From Mobula hypostoma (taxonomy: Eukaryota), in contig NC_086097.1 in NCBI RefSeq assembly GCF_963921235.1, positions 26,104,001 through 26,168,000 on the forward strand: a DNA stretch of 64,000 nt. Reading direction: 5' to 3'. Under the pieces are notes generated by a model that ran no database searches, was not told the origin of the DNA, and saw only the letters and a program-made list of their open reading frames with translations. This document shows, in pieces, positions 38,663 through 51,790 of the stretch (position 1 is its first letter; every line of letters starts with the position of its first letter). The position numbers were made by a program, and so were the translations under genes.

Positions 38663-39654
38663 TATTGCAATTGACACTGCAATGTTACATTGAATAATGC
38701 GATATGGCGGCGAAGTTGAAGGCTAACTTTTTTCATCCAGAACAACTTAAGCTTCCTTGGCAACTCGTTGATTTTCAAAATCATGGCACAAATTCAAAAT
38801 GTCACTGTTTTAAGAGAAAACAAGTAATTAGGGTCTGTTGCGGGATGGGGGGTACCCACTCACACAAGTTAAACTTGAAATTGAAAAAGTCAAGTTACAC
38901 ACTTTAAAATTACATATTCAGTTTCCTCTTCTTATGTGGGCTTCAGCATAATAGTTCAGTGGGAAGCAACTGCTAAATACAATTTCAGCTGTGCACATAT
39001 TGATAAGTTACTTGCTTAGCAATGTAGTTCAAGCTCACACTTTTCAAATATTTAATCAGTCAAAGATCATGGGCATACGATTTATACACATTGTTGCTTT
39101 GATAGAAGCACAGAGATTAAACAGAATACCCATCCATCACAAGAGCAAAAGCAAAAATCTCCATATGCTGAAAATCTGAAACAGGGAAAAAAAAAATAAA
39201 ACTTGATAATACTCACCAGTACCAGCAGTAACAGTGGAAAGAGAAAATATTTTTAATTGTATAGTGAAGTCAGTGAAAACAAACCCTGAGTATTTCAGGA
39301 GAAATTTCAATCATTAGTTGTCTATCTGAGTCACCCTTCATGAGTAGAAATAAAAGGAGATATGGAATCACTCCAGCTCTAACCCATCTTTGCACCATAG
39401 TATTCATATGGCTAGCTTGGTTAAGTTTCTGGACCCCCAGAATGTTAGGTGCAAAGAACTCAAATAGTAATGCCACTGCATTAGAAGGATGTCACTAGGT
39501 GGTGATGCAATACAGGCTGTTTTCATCAACAGGTAGCTCAAGGGGCAGGGGTCACTTATTTAAAACAAAAGCTCTAATATTTGAACAACTCAGCTGATTA
39601 AGCAGAATCTGTGGAAACAGAAACCTGTCAACATTTTGGAATTGTCACAGGTAC

Positions 39655-40195
39655 CTCCTCTACTGCCATAATGAAATCAAACTCAGGTTGAAGGAGCAAC
39701 ACCTCATATTCCATCTGGATAGCCTCCAACCTGGCAGCATGAACATCAATATTCCTAATTTACAGTAATTTCTCCCCCTCCCTTTCTCTATTCCTTATTC
39801 TGGTTCTCCTCTCACCCTTTCCTTTCTCCTAATCTGCCAATCACCTCCCTTTGGTTCCCCTCCTCCTTCCCTTTCTTCCGTGGTCCACTGTCCTTTCCTA
39901 CCAGACTCCTCCTTCAGTCCTTTACCTCTTACACCTATCACTTCCCAGCTCACTTCATCTCCCTCCTCAATCCACCCGCCTTCCTCCTCACCTCATCTCA
40001 CCTATCACCTGCCAGACTGTATTCCTTCCTCTCCCTCCACCACCTTGTTCTGGTTTCTACCCCCTTCCTTTCGTTTGATGAAGGGTCTTGACCTGAAACA
40101 GACTGTTTATTCCACTCCATAGATGCTGCCTGACCTGCTGAGTTCCTCCAGCATTTCGTCTGTCTTGCTCAAAATTTCTGGCATCTGGAGAATCT
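39655..40195 (+). mobile_element. Penelope-like element 3' fragment, degenerate
   Basis: LRLKEQHLIFHLDSLQPGSMNI (GIY-YIG C-terminus as at 59811-60033), a pyrimidine-rich UTR, and a decayed hammerhead (ttgatgaagggtcttgacctgaaaca). Confidence 0.82.
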
Positions 40196-40269
40196 CTTAT
40201 TCAATTATTACACAATTAGTTGCAAAACACTCGATTTAAAATCTGTCCATGAAAATGGCCAATAATGAA

Positions 40270-40457
40270 CCAGGATCTCCTCTGGGTTTCATTTCAAAGA
40301 AGTAGCAGTTAGCAGGTTAACTGGTTATTGGAAATTTTCCCATGATTAGGCTAGCATTAAACAGACGAGTTGCTAGGTGGCGCGTGGCGCTGAACCAACG
40401 AGTCGCCAGGCGGTGTGGCTTGGGCCAGAAGGGCCTGCTCCATGCTGCATCTCTAAA
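40270..40457 (+). repeat. Degenerate V-SINE (HE1-like) remnant with CR1-type tail
   Basis: gttagcaggttaactggttattggaaatt resembles the V-SINE core. The end gggccagaagggcctgctccatgctgcatctctaaa resembles CR1 3' ends in this window. Confidence 0.5.
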
Positions 40458-41789
40458 TTTTAAAAAAAATTTTAAAAATGAAAACAGACGACTTGGCCAA
40501 GGATACTGCCTTGAGGAACATAACTAGTAAAATATGAGCAACACACATCAAAGTTGCTGGTGAACGCAGCAACTATGACTTGTGTGCAGTCACTCTCACC
40601 TTGCCACTTCTGTTCTTTTCTGCTAATCTCTACCAAGACAGGAAGTTTTTGAATTAAAGGTGTGGAGAAATTTCAAACTGAGCACTGGGCACCCATTTAT
40701 TGCAAGTTGTGCTTGGTGGCATTACGAGTAACATCCATTATCAGTTAACTGATGATTAATAGAAATTTGTTGGTATGTTATTAACTGGACTGGATTTGTC
40801 CTGCTTTGTGTAACAAGCCTACCTAGGTATTTTGGTTTACACTGTCGGATAGATGCTTATGCTGCAATGGAACTGAAACCATTTCTGTCAAGGAAAAAAG
40901 ATGTCAAAAGATTGCTTCTCTGAGAACTAACCGGAATATTATATCCATTAAAAAAAACCGCAAATTGAACACTTAGGCCAAAACTGATGCGACCAGCATG
41001 CCATATAACCTTTGCACTATATATGATTACACAATCCTTGCTCAACAATATATAAAGTGTTTGAAAAATGCTGCCTGACCCGTATCAGTATATTTTTTTC
41101 CCATATACAAAATGTACGGACATTACTAAACAATATTCAAATTCAGATTTCAGATTCAAATTTATCACATGCACATTGAAACATACAGTTAACAACCAAC
41201 ACACCCAAGGATGTGCTGGGGCAGCTCACATAGCATACCCACAGTGCTCAGAATAACACAGAACACAACAAAAACAGAATGTACCAAGCAACAAAAGCAA
41301 AACAAACTCTGTTCCTTCCTCCCTCCCTCACACTCACACTACACACATAAACAATTCTCTAACCCCATCACAGACTGTCTCCTCTACCTCAGTAGACTTT
41401 TGGCTTCGCACACACTGGGTACTGACTTCCACAGCAGGCAAGCAGAGATTGGCAGATCATGTATTTTATGTAGCTAGGTTTCTCACTACCACTTTAGAGA
41501 TTACAAAAAGGGAAATTTTGAATAGTAAACCCACAGAAACAATCCAAGTTATATGATTGTGAACTTAAAAGACTTCACAATCATATAACTTCTGTGCACA
41601 AAGACATTCCTTCAATGCTTTTAACAAAAAATAACCTTCAATGTGTAGAATGCCACGGTAGCTATTTAAAACAAATTAAATGATAAATACACTTTATAAT
41701 TTAAGAAGTTACTAGGAATTCCATGCTCATTTAAGTAACAATTTGCAACAACCTAAGAACATATAGTTTTGCTACTAGAAGAAGCATGT

Positions 41790-42465
41790 TATGAAAATTT
41801 GGCTGAGTAGTGCTATTACAACTTCTCATTCAATGTCAGCAAGACCAAGGAGCTGATTACTGTTTCAGGAGGAGGAAACCGAAGGTCATTGAGGGATCAG
41901 AGCTGGAGAGGGTCAGCAACATCACATTCCCCACTGTCATCATTTCAGAGGATCTGTCCTGGCTCCAGCACGTAAATGCCATTACTTAGAAAACACGGCA
42001 GCACCTCTACTTTCTTAGAAGTTTGCGAAGATTCAGCAGGTCATCTAAAACTTTGACAAACTTTATGGATGTATAGTGGAGAGTATATTGACAGACTGCA
42101 TCGTGGCCTGGAATGTAAACACCAATGCTCTTGAATGGAAAAAGCCTACAAAAAGTATCCACAGCCCAGTCCATCACAGGTAAAGCCCTCCCCACCATTG
42201 AGCACATTTACATGGAGCTCTGTTACAAGGAAGCAGCATCCATCACTGAAGAACCTCCCACCATCCAGGCCATGTTCTCTTCTCACTGTTGCCATCAGTA
42301 AGAAGGTACAGGAGAATCAGGACCCACATGACCAGGTTCAGGTACAGTTATTACCCCTCAACCATCAGGGTCTTGAACCAAAAGGGATAACTTCACTTGC
42401 ATCATCGCTGAACTGTTCCCACAACCTTTGTCTCACTTTCAAGACTCTTCATCTCATGTTCTTGA
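41790..42465 (+). mobile_element. Rex1/Babar 3' fragment, degenerate
   Basis: LNVSKTKEL-like, LYFLRSLRRF, ESILT and HPGH.L..LLPS motifs. Confidence 0.78.
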
Positions 42466-44455
42466 TGTCAGAATCTGAATCAGGTTTATTATCACTGGCA
42501 TATGACATGGAATTTGTTAACTTAGTAGCAGCATTTCAATGCAATACATAATCTAGCAGAGAAAAGAAAGAAAAATAAAATTAAAAAATTAACAAGTAAA
42601 TCAATTGTGTATATTGAATAGATTTTAAAAAACATGCAAAAACAGAAATACTGTATATTAAAAAAAAAGTGAGGTAGTGTCCAAAGTTTCCATGTCCATT
42701 TAGGAATCGGATGGCAGAGGGGAAGAAGCTGTTCCCGAGTCGCTAAGTGTGTGCCTTCAGGCTTCTGTACCTCCTACCTGATGGTAACAGTGAGGAAAGG
42801 TCATGCCCTGGGTGCTGGAGGTCCTTAATAATGGATGCTGCCTTTCTGAGACACTGCTTCCTGAAGATGTTCTGGGTACTTTGTCAGACATCCCACCTCT
42901 CCCGCAAGTTCCGGGAGTCTCCCACATATTAATAGTGGCTTCCTGATGCCCGCAAATTATATACAATGTCCTGGAAATCCATTTTTGGAGGGTGGTGGGA
43001 GGAGGACAGGGAGGGGGGGAGAGAGGGGTGGGGGAGAGGGGACGCATGTGCCATGGCAGAGTGTTCCAAAAAAAGAAAATATAAAACCTACGTCACCCCA
43101 CACTAAAGTGTACCCCTGCCTAATAGGGGTCAAAAATAATGACAGTGTTGCTCACTGCACTGTTTGCAACAGTGACTTTTCTATTGCCAGTGGTGGGTTA
43201 AGACTATAAAAGACATGTTGAGGTGAGTTTAACAGGTGTCATTCGTTCATTGGCATAGCTAACATTACTTAAACTACCTGGCTAGCTGCTAAGGAGCTAC
43301 TCTATTGCAGACATCCCACCTCTCCCAGAAGTTCCAGGAATCTCCCGCAAATTGATGGTGCTACCTCCCTGAAATGAGTTCTTGCAGGGTGGGATGTCTG
43401 CTTTGTCGGCTAGGTACCCAAGATGGAGCTGACTAGATTTACAACCTTCTGCAGCTTCTTTCAGTCCTGTGCAGTAGCCCCTTCCATACTAGACAGTGAT
43501 GCATTCTGTCGGCATGCTCTCCATAGTACAACTGTAGAAGTTTTTGAGTGTATTTGTTGACATGCCAAATCTCTTCAAACTCCTAGTGAAGTATAGCTAC
43601 TGTCTTGCCTTCTTTATAACTGGATCGATATGTTGGGACCAGGTCAGATCCTCAGAGATCTTGACACCCAGGAATTTGAAGCTGCTCACTCTCTCCACTT
43701 CTGATCCCTCTATGAGGATTGGTATGTGCTCCTTCATCTTACCCTTCCTGAAGTCCACAATCAGCTCTTTCGTCTAACTGACGTTGAGTACCAGTTTTTT
43801 GCTGCTGCACCATTCCACTAGTTGGCATATTTCACAGCTGTACACCCTCTCATCACCACCTGAGATTCTACCAACAATGGTTGTATCGTCAGCAAATTTA
43901 TAGATGGTATTTGAGCTATGCCTAGTCACACAGTCATGTGTATATAGAGAGTAAATCAGTGGCCTAAGCACACACCCACGGTACGCCAGTATTGATCGTT
44001 AGTGAGGAGGATATGTTATCACCGATCCGCACAGACTGTGGTCTTCCAGTTAGGAAGTCAAAGATCCAATTGCAGAGGGAGGTACAGAGGTCCAGGTTCT
44101 GCAACTTCTCAGTCAGGATTGTGGGAATGATGGTATTAAATGTTGGGCTATAGTTGATGAACAGCATCCTGACATAGGTGTTTGTGTTGTCCAGGTGGTC
44201 TAAAGCCGTGTGGAGAGCTGTTGAGATTGAGTCTGCCATTGACCTATCGTGGCGATAGGCAAATTGCAATGGATCCAGGTCTTTGCTGAGGCAGGAGTTC
44301 AACCTAGTCATGACCAACCTCTCAAATCATTTCATCACTGTCAATGTGAGTGCTACTGGGCGATAGTCATTAAGGCAGCCCCCATTATTCTTCTTTGGCA
44401 CTGATATAATTGTTGCCTTTTTGAAGCAAGTGGGAACTCCCGTCCATAGCAGTGA
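42466..44455 (-). mobile_element. Rex1/Babar LINE fragment (RT to 3' tail), interrupted by a DNA element
   Basis: [41 protein letters not shown] and ASIIKDLQHPGHD. (TGAATC)-type tail at about 42470-42490. Confidence 0.9.
42885..43400 (+). mobile_element. Non-autonomous hAT-related DNA transposon with 6-bp TSD
   Basis: TIRs CAGACATCCCACC / GGTGGGATGTCTG. TSD CTTTGT (42879-42884, 43401-43406). N-terminal BED-finger-like remnant AHCTVCNSDFSIASGG. Confidence 0.8.
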
Positions 44456-45179
44456 GAGGTCTATTGCTTATTTATTTATTTACTCCCCCCCACCCTTCTT
44501 TTTGTATTTGCATTGGTGTTGCCTTTTGCACATTTGTTGTTTGTTCATCATGTTGGGTGTGGTCTTTCATTGATTCTATTGTGTTTCTTGTATTTTCTAT
44601 GAATGTCCATAAAAAAATGAATCTCAGGATTGTAAATGGAGATACATGTTCTTCGAAACTTTAAAAAATCCTCACTGTAATCTTGTATTCCTGGGAAATT
44701 ACAAGTTATTTCACTTTTCGGAAATAACTGAACATTCACATCATGTTTGCTACTGCTGTATTTCATTAGTAAAGAAATAGCTGGATGTATTATATTTAAC
44801 ATATTATTTTTGACAAAGGAATTAAATTTCCTAATTCCTTCCTTCCATTCCACAATCTCTTTTTACCTCCTACCATCAGGCAGGAGGTAATGTAGCTTTA
44901 GTATAAGAAATTTTAGGATAGGAAACAGCTTTTTCCCCCCAGGCCATGAGAGTACAGAACTCCCTGCCACTACCAAGGTCTCATCACTTATGAAGCGCCA
45001 GTAGTGTTATAGTCTTCACTTGTGTTGTAGATGCACTTTATGCTAAATATCAATTGTCAGAAATATATTTTATGACTTGTTAATTTAGTTATTACTTTGT
45101 GTAGTGTGTGAGAGTTACATGTACTGGATTGTGCACCTTGGCTCAGAGGAATGTTGTTTCATTTGGCAGTATACATGCA

Positions 45180-46429
45180 CAGTGAATTTCAGTTAATCGG
45201 GGCATCCGCTTATTTGGGACAACTCAGAGAACAAAAAAAAAATCAAGAAAATCGCCAGGATTCTATTTGTTTATATGAGACATTATACTATTTAATTGGA
45301 GGAAAAGGCTGTTGCCGAACAGGTTCTAACTAGCATCACTCATGTGCACCTGTGTGGCTATTAGACACCATACTGCGCGTAGAGTGAAAAGCTTTTGAAA
45401 TAGCATCAGTTGCGTGTGTTTGGGTTCAAAAAGCAGCGATTCTTGTCACTGATATTTGGTGGGAAATACCCAGTACAATCATTTGGAACTGTTTTACTCA
45501 CTGTGGTTTCAAGTCATCGGGCTTCAAGTTGCCAGAAACAGCTGGGAGTGAAAATGAAACAACTTCACTACGTCAACAAGTGAGGAATGATGAAGAATTT
45601 GAAGGTATCAACAATCATCTTGAATGTGCTGCATTATGGCCTGGTATGGGACACCAATGTCTTTGAGCAGAAAATCCTACAAAAAGGTATTGGATTCAGC
45701 CCAGTATATCATGGGCAAAACCCTCTCAACCATTAAGTACATCAACATGAAACGTTGCCGTAGAAAAGCAGCATCCATCATCAAAGATCCTCACCACGCA
45801 GACCATGCTCTTTTCTTGTTGCTGCCATCAGGTTGAAGGTACAGGTGCCTCAGGACTCGTACTACCGGGTTCAAGAACAAAAGAAGAGTCAACCATTAGA
45901 CTCTTGAACAAAATGAACTTTTCATGCTTATTATTTATTGCTATTTATTTTTACCTGCATTTGCACAGTTTGTTTAATTAACAGTTCCTCTTCTATATAT
46001 TTGCTAAGTATGCCCGCAGAAGAAGAACCTCAGGGTTGTATGTGGTGATGTGCATACTCTGATAATAAATTTTACTTTGGACTTTGTTACAATGAAAATA
46101 AAGATTTGGAGGATGCAATCATTGAAAGCATAGTATGAAGTCAGACCATTATCTGCACTAGGTGTCTGTGCTGATTTTGTTCATTGCATACACAGGATGA
46201 ATTCCTCTGTTGATAACTATTAGGAACTAATACAGTTCCTAATGTTGTAATATTGGTAGTACTCCAATTTATACTGTATGTCATTTTAATACATAATGTT
46301 ATTCAGTTTATACCTTTTTTTTTAAATACCCGTTTAACTATTTCCATGAAAATTCGCTAATTGGGGCAGCTGCTTAATTAGGCCAAAATGTACTGGTCCT
46401 GACATGTATTAGTTAACCAGAATCCACTG
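45180..46429. mobile_element. Second copy of the Tigger-like non-autonomous element, interrupted by a Rex1/Babar 3' fragment (about 45626-46085)
   Basis: Ends CAGTGAATTTCAGTTAATC / GTTAACCAGAATCCACTG, with internal reverse-complement similarity to 37238-38007. The insert encodes AASIIKDPHHADHALFLLLPSG. Confidence 0.78.
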
Positions 46430-47432
46430 GATATGGATGAATGACGATAAACTCGAACTTCAACTTCCTTCTTCCAAAAACTCAGATTAATCTTGCAGTA
46501 AAATTCTAGAATACAACACAACTTCAAAATCAATAATAAATGTACATAGAATGAAGATCAGTGAGCAAGGAAGATACCATATGCCAAATCTAATCCAATA
46601 TCAATGAATATCTTCACAACAGCCACAAATAACAGCAAAGCCAAGAAAACTTTTATTCTTTCAAGTCCTCGAGAATACAACTGAGGAAAGGAGTTCTGAA
46701 TAGTAAACTCAACCCAATCAAGTTATAGTGGAGACAACTACAAACATCTGAGCAGTTGAGAGGATCAGAAATGAAAATGAGTAACTATCAAGACAAAAGA
46801 TTCTGCAGATGCTGGAAATCCAAAGCAACAATACAAAAGCTAGAGGAACTCAGTATATCAGGCAACTTCTACCGAAAGGAATACAGTAAACAGTTGGTGT
46901 TTTGGGCTGAGACCCTTCATCAGGGGGGAGAAAGGGAGAAAAAGTAACTATCATTAGTTGATTCAAGCACAACACCAAGTAAACATTCTATCACTTTACA
47001 CTTCAGTCAGCATTGGTTTGTTAACTAACAAAAATATATTTTACCTATTTCAATTACAGAGCAAAGATCCAAGAATCCATAGATACTAAGGGATAGAGAG
47101 CAAGTTTCAAACAAAGTATATGGCAGACGTAAAGAAGTAGTGTAGTTTAATAGAAGTAAAGAAATTACAGGGAAGTATCGAGAAAGTACACAACATCACT
47201 AGCAGACAAAATTAAGGAAAATTCTAAAGCATTTTAAGGATGCACAGAGCTGGGAATGATGTAATAGCATGGGTAGAGGATTGGATAACTGATAGAAAGT
47301 AGAGAGTTGGGATACATGGGTGTTACTCTGATTAGCAGGCAGTGGTGAGCAGTGTGCCACAGGGGTCGGTACTGGGCCCGCAACTGTTCACAGTATGCAT
47401 TAACAATCTGGAAGAGGGGACCAAGTGTAGTA

Positions 47433-48720
47433 CAGTGGCATGCGGAAGTTTGGGCACCCCGGTCAAAATTTCTGTTACCATGAATAGCTAAGCGAGTAAA
47501 GGATGAACTGATTTCCAAAAGGCGTAAAGTTAAAGATGACACATCTCTTTAATATTTTAAGCAAGATTAATTTTTAGTTTATTGCCATCTTTTACAGTTT
47601 CAAAATAACAAAAAATGAAAAGGGCTCAAAGTAAAGGTCTGGGCACCCTGCATGGTCAGTACTTAGTAACACCCCCTTTGGCAAGTATCACAGCTTGTAA
47701 ACGCTTTCTGTAGCCAGCTAAGAGTCTTTCAATTCTCTTCTGGGGGATTTTCACCCATTCTTCCTTGCAAAAGGCTTCCAGTTCTGTGAAATTCTTGGGC
47801 CGTCTTCCATGCACTGCTCTTTTGAAGTCTATCCACAGATTTTCAATGATGTTTAGGTCGGAGGACTGTGAGGGCCATGGCAAAACCTTCAGCTTGCGCC
47901 TCTTGAGGTAGTCCATTGTGGATTTTGAGGTGTGTTTAGGATCATTATCCCGTTGTAGAAGCCATCCTCTTTTCATCTTCAGCTGTTTTTTTTAAACAGA
48001 TGGTTTGCTTCCAGAATTTGCTGGCATTTAATTGAATTAATTCTTCCCTCTACTAGTGAAATGTTTCCCGTGCTACTGGCTGCAACACAAGCCCAAAGCA
48101 TGATCGATCCACCCCTGTGCTTAACAGTTGGAGAGGTGTTCTCTTCATGAAATTCTGCACCCTTTTTTCTCCAAACATACCTTTGCTTATTGCAGCCAAA
48201 AAGTTCTATTTTAACTTCATCAGTCCACAGGACTTGTTTCCAAAATGCATCAGGTTTGTTTAGATGTTCCTTTGCAAACTTCCGATGCTGAATTTTGTGG
48301 TGAGAATGCAGGAAAGGTTTTCTTCTGATGATTCTTCCATGAAGGTCATATTTGTGCAGGTGTCGCTGCACAGTAGAACAGTGTACCACCACTCCAGAGT
48401 CTGCTAAACCTTCCTGAAGGTCTTTTGCAGTCAAACGGGGGTTTTGATTTGCCTTTCTAGCAATCTTACGAGCAGTTCTCTCTGAAAGTTTTTCTGGTCT
48501 TCCAGGCCTCAACTTGACCTCCACTGTTCCTGTTAACTGCCATTTCTTAATTACATTACGAACTGAGGAAACGGCTACCTGAAAACGCTTTGCTATCTTC
48601 TTATAGTCTTCTCCTGCTTTGTGGGCATCGTTTATTTTAATTTTCAGAGTGCTAGGCAGCTGCTTAGAGGAGCCCATGGCTGATGATTATTGGGACAAGG
48701 TTTGAGGTGTCAGGGTATTC
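47433..48720 (-). mobile_element. Tc1-family transposon (DD34E), one terminal repeat retained
   Basis: TA followed by CAGTGGCATGCGGAAGTTTGGGCACCC, with an inner direct repeat (ctgggcaccc at about 47639-47648). It abuts a CR1 fragment on the left. No matching TIR is visible upstream of the transposase start. Confidence 0.92.
47656..48677 (-). pseudogene. Tc1 transposase, split by one frameshifted region near 47980-48003
   Basis: ORFs 47979-48677 and 47656-47976 give a paired-like HTH, GRPEK, VLWTDE, LQRDNDPKH and WPSQSSDLNIIENLW. There are 34 residues between the second D and the E. Confidence 0.92.
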
Positions 48721-50419
48721 AGTTTAAGGTTAAGGGACAGGGATGTCAGGGAATTAGAGGTCAGTCCAAAGTCTAGGCCTCCATTTCGTATTAAAGATTG
48801 GCAGCTTGTACAAAGAACATCTGTGGACGGATGTCAAGCCAGCAAGCACTACGGACAAAGACCAGTGAGGATGAGGGCTGGTGGCTCCCCAGGTCATTGA
48901 GTCCCTCTGGTCAATGGTTTTCAGGATTGGAGGTCCGTGTGGGCTGAAGGCATGAGTGGCGGAATGTGAGTCAGCGAGTTCAGAGTTCAAGCCTGGAGCT
49001 TGGGCTTCTGTCATTGGTAAGCCCTAGGGTCGATTCTGAAGGTTGAAGCCCAAAGGTCAATCAGAAGTCCGGAAGTCTTCTTGTTAGGGAGCCATTAGCC
49101 CTCATCCTCACTGATTAATGTACCAAAGGAATCCACTGGAGGTTGTGCGTGCATGCGTGTGTGTGTATACGTACGCATTCACACCTGTGCAGAGGGAGAA
49201 AAGGGGCTTATTGTTCTTTTATTGCTGTTGCTCTACAGAACATGGCAGGCATACTATATTGGCACTGGAATGTGTGAGAACACAAATGTTGGTTGTTAAT
49301 GCAAACAATGCATTTCAATGTATGTTTTGATGTTCATGTTATAAATAAGTTAATCTGAATTTTATGTACCACAATCACATCCCCTGTTAATATCCTCCAT
49401 TCCATGGTGAAAAAAAAACTAGCATCTCCAGCCTCTCCTTGCAACTGTGCTGTTCCATCCCAAAGTCCCGTTGATCCTTTCTTGGTCAGCTGAGGTCTGA
49501 CTAATGTTCTATAAAGCTGAAGCATATTTTCCATTCACCTGTTTTCATTGCCCCAACTAATGAAGGCCTTTATTCCAATCGTGTTATCTACCTGTATTGC
49601 CAGCTGCAAAGATTTATGGACCTATACTCCAAAGTCCCCCTGTTCCTCAATACTTCCTAAGACTCTACCATTTGTGATGCACTTCCTAGCAATATTAGCA
49701 TTCTCAAAATGCATTCTCATATGTTTGTCTGGATTAAACTCCATCTGCCAGGATTTCAGTCCATTTCACCAACACATAGGTATCTCCCTACATCTTAAGA
49801 TTACCTTCCACACTATCAACATCTCTACCAATCCTCATGTCATCTTACTGATCCTGCCTTCTATATTCATGACATTCACAAAGGGCAAGGATTCCATCAC
49901 AATTTCTTCTGCAATACCACCATTCACAGGCATCCAATTGTATAAACAACCCTTTTCTTTCACCTTTTGTCTCCTACTGCGAGCCAATTTTCAGTCCAGT
50001 TTGCCACTTGCCCTGGGTTCCATGGACCTTGACCTTCTGAATAAGCAACCATGTGGAACAATTTCAAACAGTTTACTAAATTCCATGTAAATCATATCTG
50101 CTGTCTTACTATCATTCATACACTTTGCTACCTCTTCAAATAATTTACTCAAATTGGCAAGAAACAGACCAAGTAATCGGTTACATCATGCTCCGGTATG
50201 GCAATTGAAATATAGGTACACAAAAAGCTGCAGAGAGTAGAGAGGCCACTGTCCAATACATCACAGGCACATCCCACCATCAGTAATATTTACAGGAGAC
50301 AGTGCCTCAAGACAAATCCAAAGATCCCCCTCTATTAAGGCCATGGTATCTTTTCACAGCTACCATCAGGTAGCAGGTACAGAATCCTGAGGTCACATAC
50401 GACTACATTCAAGAAAAGA

Positions 50420-51790
50420 ATCAGGTTTATGATGTGAAATTTGTTGCTTTGCAGCAGTACAGCAACATAAAATTGCTATAAATTGCAATCTAAATAAATA
50501 ATGCTAAAAGGAATAATGAGATAGTATTCTTGGGCCATTCAGAAATCTTACGGTGGAGAAGAACCTCTTTCTGAATTGTTCAGTGTGGAACATCAATCTC
50601 CTGTACCTCCTCTCCGATGCTAGCAATGATAAGAGGGCATGTCCTGCATTGTGAAGATCCTTAAAAATGGATACCACCTTCTTGAAGACATCCTGGATGG
50701 TGAGAAGGGTTGTGCCTGTGATGTAGCTGGATGAGTATGCAACCCACTGCAGCCTTGTGATCCTGTGCATTGGAGCCTCCATACCAGTCAGAATGCGCTC
50801 CGCCATACATCTGTAGAAATTTGCAGGAGTTTTTGGTGACACACCAAATCTCCACAAACCCCTAATGAAATAGAGTCAATAGTATGCCTTCTTCATGATT
50901 GCATCAACATTTTAGGCCCAGGACAAATCCTCGGAAATATTGACACCCAGGAACCTGAAGCAGCTCATTCTTTTCATTGCTAACACCTCAATGACAATTG
51001 TGCATGTTCTCCCAACTGCCCCTTTCAGAAGTCCACAATCAACTCCTTGGTCTTACTGATGTTGTTTTGACACCACCCACCTAGCAATCTATTTCACTCC
51101 TGCACGTCTCCTCCACGCCATCCAAGACTTTATCAAAAAATAGTGGTGCCACTAGTTAATACATAGATAGCATTTCAGACGTATTTAGCCACACAATCAC
51201 AAGTGCAAAGAGATAAGAGCAGTTGGCTAAACACACCTTCCTGAAGTGCAGCTGTGTTATTTGTAGGCAAGGAGGAAATTTTATCACTATTGATTGTTAT
51301 CTCCTGATGAAGAAGTTGAGGATCCAGTTACACAGGATGGTACAGAGGTCCAGGTTTAGAAGCTTGGTTAATGCCGATAGGATGATGATACTTGATAGCT
51401 AAAATTGATAAACAGCAGCCAGACAAATGTTTTGCTGTAGTCCAGGTGCTCCAAAGCACAGTGGAGAGCCTGCGTGATTGCATTCACTGCAGACATGTTG
51501 CAGAGGTTAAGTTAACTACAGAGGGTCTATATCTTTGCTCAGACAGGAGTTAATTTTAGCCATAGCCAACCTCTCGAAACACTTTGTTACAGTTTATGTG
51601 AGTGCTACTGTTAATGGTCATTGAGACAGTTCACCCTGCTCTTTTTGGCCACTGGTATGATTGCTACCCATTCAAAGCAGGAGGAAACCTTAGACTACAT
51701 GTGGGAGAAGTCAGTTGATCAGCACAGGTTTTCAGGTCCCGGCCAGATAGCACCTTCACCTTACAAGGGGCCACCCTCTTGAAGTATATT
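50420..51790 (-). mobile_element. Rex1/Babar LINE fragment, highly degenerate
   Basis: RFGVSPKTPANFYRC...IFKDLHNAGHALLSLLAS, with upstream similarity to 43400-44400. Boundaries are approximate. Confidence 0.72.
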
